The translations under genes and the position numbers were made by a program. DNA of 64,000 nt from Nitrospira sp. (lineage in GTDB: Bacteria > Nitrospirota > Nitrospiria > Nitrospirales > Nitrospiraceae): contig AP038806.1 in assembly GCA_047150005.1 (NCBI GenBank), positions 3,904,001 through 3,968,000 of the forward strand. The letters run 5' to 3'. Positions 63,001 to 64,000 of this stretch are shown piece by piece (within the stretch, counting starts at the first letter, position 1; every line of letters starts with the position of its first letter). The notes under the pieces are model-generated. The model searched no databases. It had not been told where the DNA came from and saw only the letters and a list, made by a program, of their open reading frames with translations.

Positions 63001-63465
63001 AAGTCGATGCTGACCAAGAAGGGCGATCGCATGGCGTATCTCTCGTTGGAAGACCTTCAGGGTACGGTCGAGGTCATCGCATTCCCGGACCTCTTCAAGT
63101 CTGCGGGCGATTTGATCGCACCGGAACGTCTGGTGCGAGTGACCGGCACCATTGACCGAGGCGACAAGGGGACGAAGATCCGGGGTAGCCATATCGAACC
63201 CCTTGCCGAAGTCCAGACCCAAACGGTCAAGCGCGTACGAATCAGGCTGACCGATCGACCGGATACCCAGGATCAATTGCCCCGATTGTTGGATGTCTTC
63301 AAACGCCACCCGGGAGGCACCACCGTGTCGCTGACGTTCCGGACGGAGGAAGCCCTCGAGGCCGACACCGGCCCCCTCCCCAACCTCAGCGTGACTGCCA
63401 GCGAGCACTTCGTGGCAGAGGTCGAGGAAGTGCTAGGCAAAGGGGCCCTTTCTTTGGTATCGTAA
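60010..63465 (+). CDS. dnaE: DNA polymerase III alpha subunit
   Basis: PHP motifs HLHLHTQFSLLDG and TDHGN; GPGRGSAAGS; FERFLNPER; PDIDMDF; HAAGVVI; FQLES; YGFNKSH; OB fold. Confidence 0.97.
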   Translation: MSFVHLHLHTQFSLLDGANQIGPLVQQIKSFGQPAVAMTDHGNMFGAIEFYRKAKEAGIKPIIGCEAYMAPGSRLNKDGSQLAHNDYYHLILLARNLTGYQNLIKLVSKAYLEGFYYKPRMDKEILKQHHEGIIALSGCLSGEIPYLIGQKHMAEALAVAGEFQEIFGRDHFYLEVQANGLEHQRIANAGLIDIHKKLGIPLAGTNDCHYLKKEDSRPHDLMLCLQTGKTISDPNRMKFDTDELYVKSTEEITPAFAEFPGAVTNTCRIADHCELDLALNKTYLPQYTAPEGYTRESYVEHLAVEGLKDRLRDRPSGIPGAVYEQRLREELTVICSMGFAGYFLIVWDIIRFARSRGIPVGPGRGSAAGSLVAYALRITDLDPLVYTLLFERFLNPERVSLPDIDMDFCMDRRGEVINYVVEKYGSDHVAQIITFGTLGAKAAIRDVGRVLEMPYAEADKVAKLVPNQLNVTLQQALDTEPRLRELVETDPKVKELMSIAQSLEGLARHASTHAAGVVISEGPLTDHVPLYKGANDEIVTQYSMGDVEKIGLVKFDFPGLTTLTMIRRAETLINEGRPDRAPLVMDRLPFDDAETFALLSSGKTTGIFQLESSGMRDLLTGFKPDRFEDIIAIIALYRPGPMDLIPDFIKRKQGKVPITYETPELEPILKDTYGVIVYQEQVMAIANKIAGFSLGQADILRRAMGKKKPEEMEKLRVKFLDGAKQKKIPEKKAEKLYELIQKFAGYGFNKSHAAAYAVVCYQTGYLKAHYPTEFMAALMTSDMGNQDKIVGYFTECRDLDIKVLGPDVNESHKDFAVADGAIRFGLAAIKNVGEGAVESVLAIRAESGPFASFFDFCRRVDLRKVNKRMLEGLIKAGAFDSTGARRSQLMAALDRAVEDGAAAQQERELGQTNIFGEDFHGQGQAAHSADPLLPSVPEWDQATRLKYERELTGFYISAHPLARYEATIGALATVTTAGLMDLSDGKEVKLCGIIATVKSMLTKKGDRMAYLSLEDLQGTVEVIAFPDLFKSAGDLIAPERLVRVTGTIDRGDKGTKIRGSHIEPLAEVQTQTVKRVRIRLTDRPDTQDQLPRLLDVFKRHPGGTTVSLTFRTEEALEADTGPLPNLSVTASEHFVAEVEEVLGKGALSLVS

Positions 63466-63528
63466 CACCCGATGAATAACCAAGAGAGTCTGTTCATCTC
63501 TTGAGAATATCCACAGCCCTGACGACCT

Positions 63529-64000
63529 ATGCGCGACTATCTTGAATTTGAAAAGCCTCTCCGTGAAATCGAAGAAAAGATCGAAAAGTTGGTGACGTCC
63601 GGGAGCACCAAAGCCAGCCACCAGGAAGAAATCCGCAAATTGCGCATGAAGTTGGCCCAGGTCGAGCATGACCTCTACAGCCGGCTGACTCCCTGGCAGC
63701 GCACCCAGTTGGCCAGACATCCGCAACGACCCAGCACCCTTGATTATGTCAACGAGATGTTCCGTGATTTCCTGGAGTTCCACGGAGACCGGTCATTCGG
63801 CGACGACCGAGCCATCGTGGGAGGTTTCGCCCGATTCAACGATCGCTCCGTGATGGTCATCGGCCACCAAAAAGGCAAAACTCTCAAGGAACGGATGCAA
63901 CGAAATTTCGGCATGCCGAACCCGGAAGGGTACCGGAAGGCGTTGCGCCTCATGAAGATGGCCGAGAAATTCAACCGACCCATCGTCACCTTTATCGACA
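63529..64000 (+). CDS. accA: Acetyl-CoA carboxylase carboxyltransferase alpha subunit (partial, runs off the window)
   Basis: Manual translation: [11 protein letters not shown]..., [49 protein letters not shown]. Confidence 0.95.
   Translation, partial: MRDYLEFEKPLREIEEKIEKLVTSGSTKASHQEEIRKLRMKLAQVEHDLYSRLTPWQRTQLARHPQRPSTLDYVNEMFRDFLEFHGDRSFGDDRAIVGGFARFNDRSVMVIGHQKGKTLKERMQRNFGMPNPEGYRKALRLMKMAEKFNRPIVTFID

Overview
A gene-dense, GC-rich bacterial window. Gene order and sequence style suggest Nitrospira or a relative; this is an inference, not a database result. Positions 1-49.2 kb and 60-64 kb are mostly housekeeping genes: Rieske ferredoxin/mrp, a desaturase, putA, SDR-bioD, the clpC-tsaD-hflX-nth-yicC-gmk-rpoZ-coaBC-TPR-aroQ-efp-accB-accC-thiE run, nadK, fumC, hsp20, gltA, rnd, malic enzyme, gmd-fcl, tRNA(CAT), rpoD-dnaG, hisH-A-F-IE, dnaE and a partial accA. 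The standout region is an ~10.6 kb accessory cell-envelope block (49.4-59.9 kb) between hisH and dnaE. It holds a BON/OmpA protein coupled to a membrane coiled-coil protein with a C-terminal HhH-like domain, then five tandem paralogous lipoproteins built only from ~90-aa Ig-like repeats (8, 7, 4, 2 and 4 repeats). These five share a conserved C-N-D-(V/M)-S-x-A-P-x-P-x-P-G-P N-terminus, show duplication and domain shuffling, and two share an upstream DNA motif. Smaller signals include a probable AUU start for hflX, leaderless-type promoter geometry at dnaE and two other genes, a substituted DnaE catalytic motif, a ~125-bp MITE-like element, hexamer repeats in the tRNA leader and a YyaL/aldo-keto reductase fusion. 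I saw no CRISPR array, integrase or transposase.
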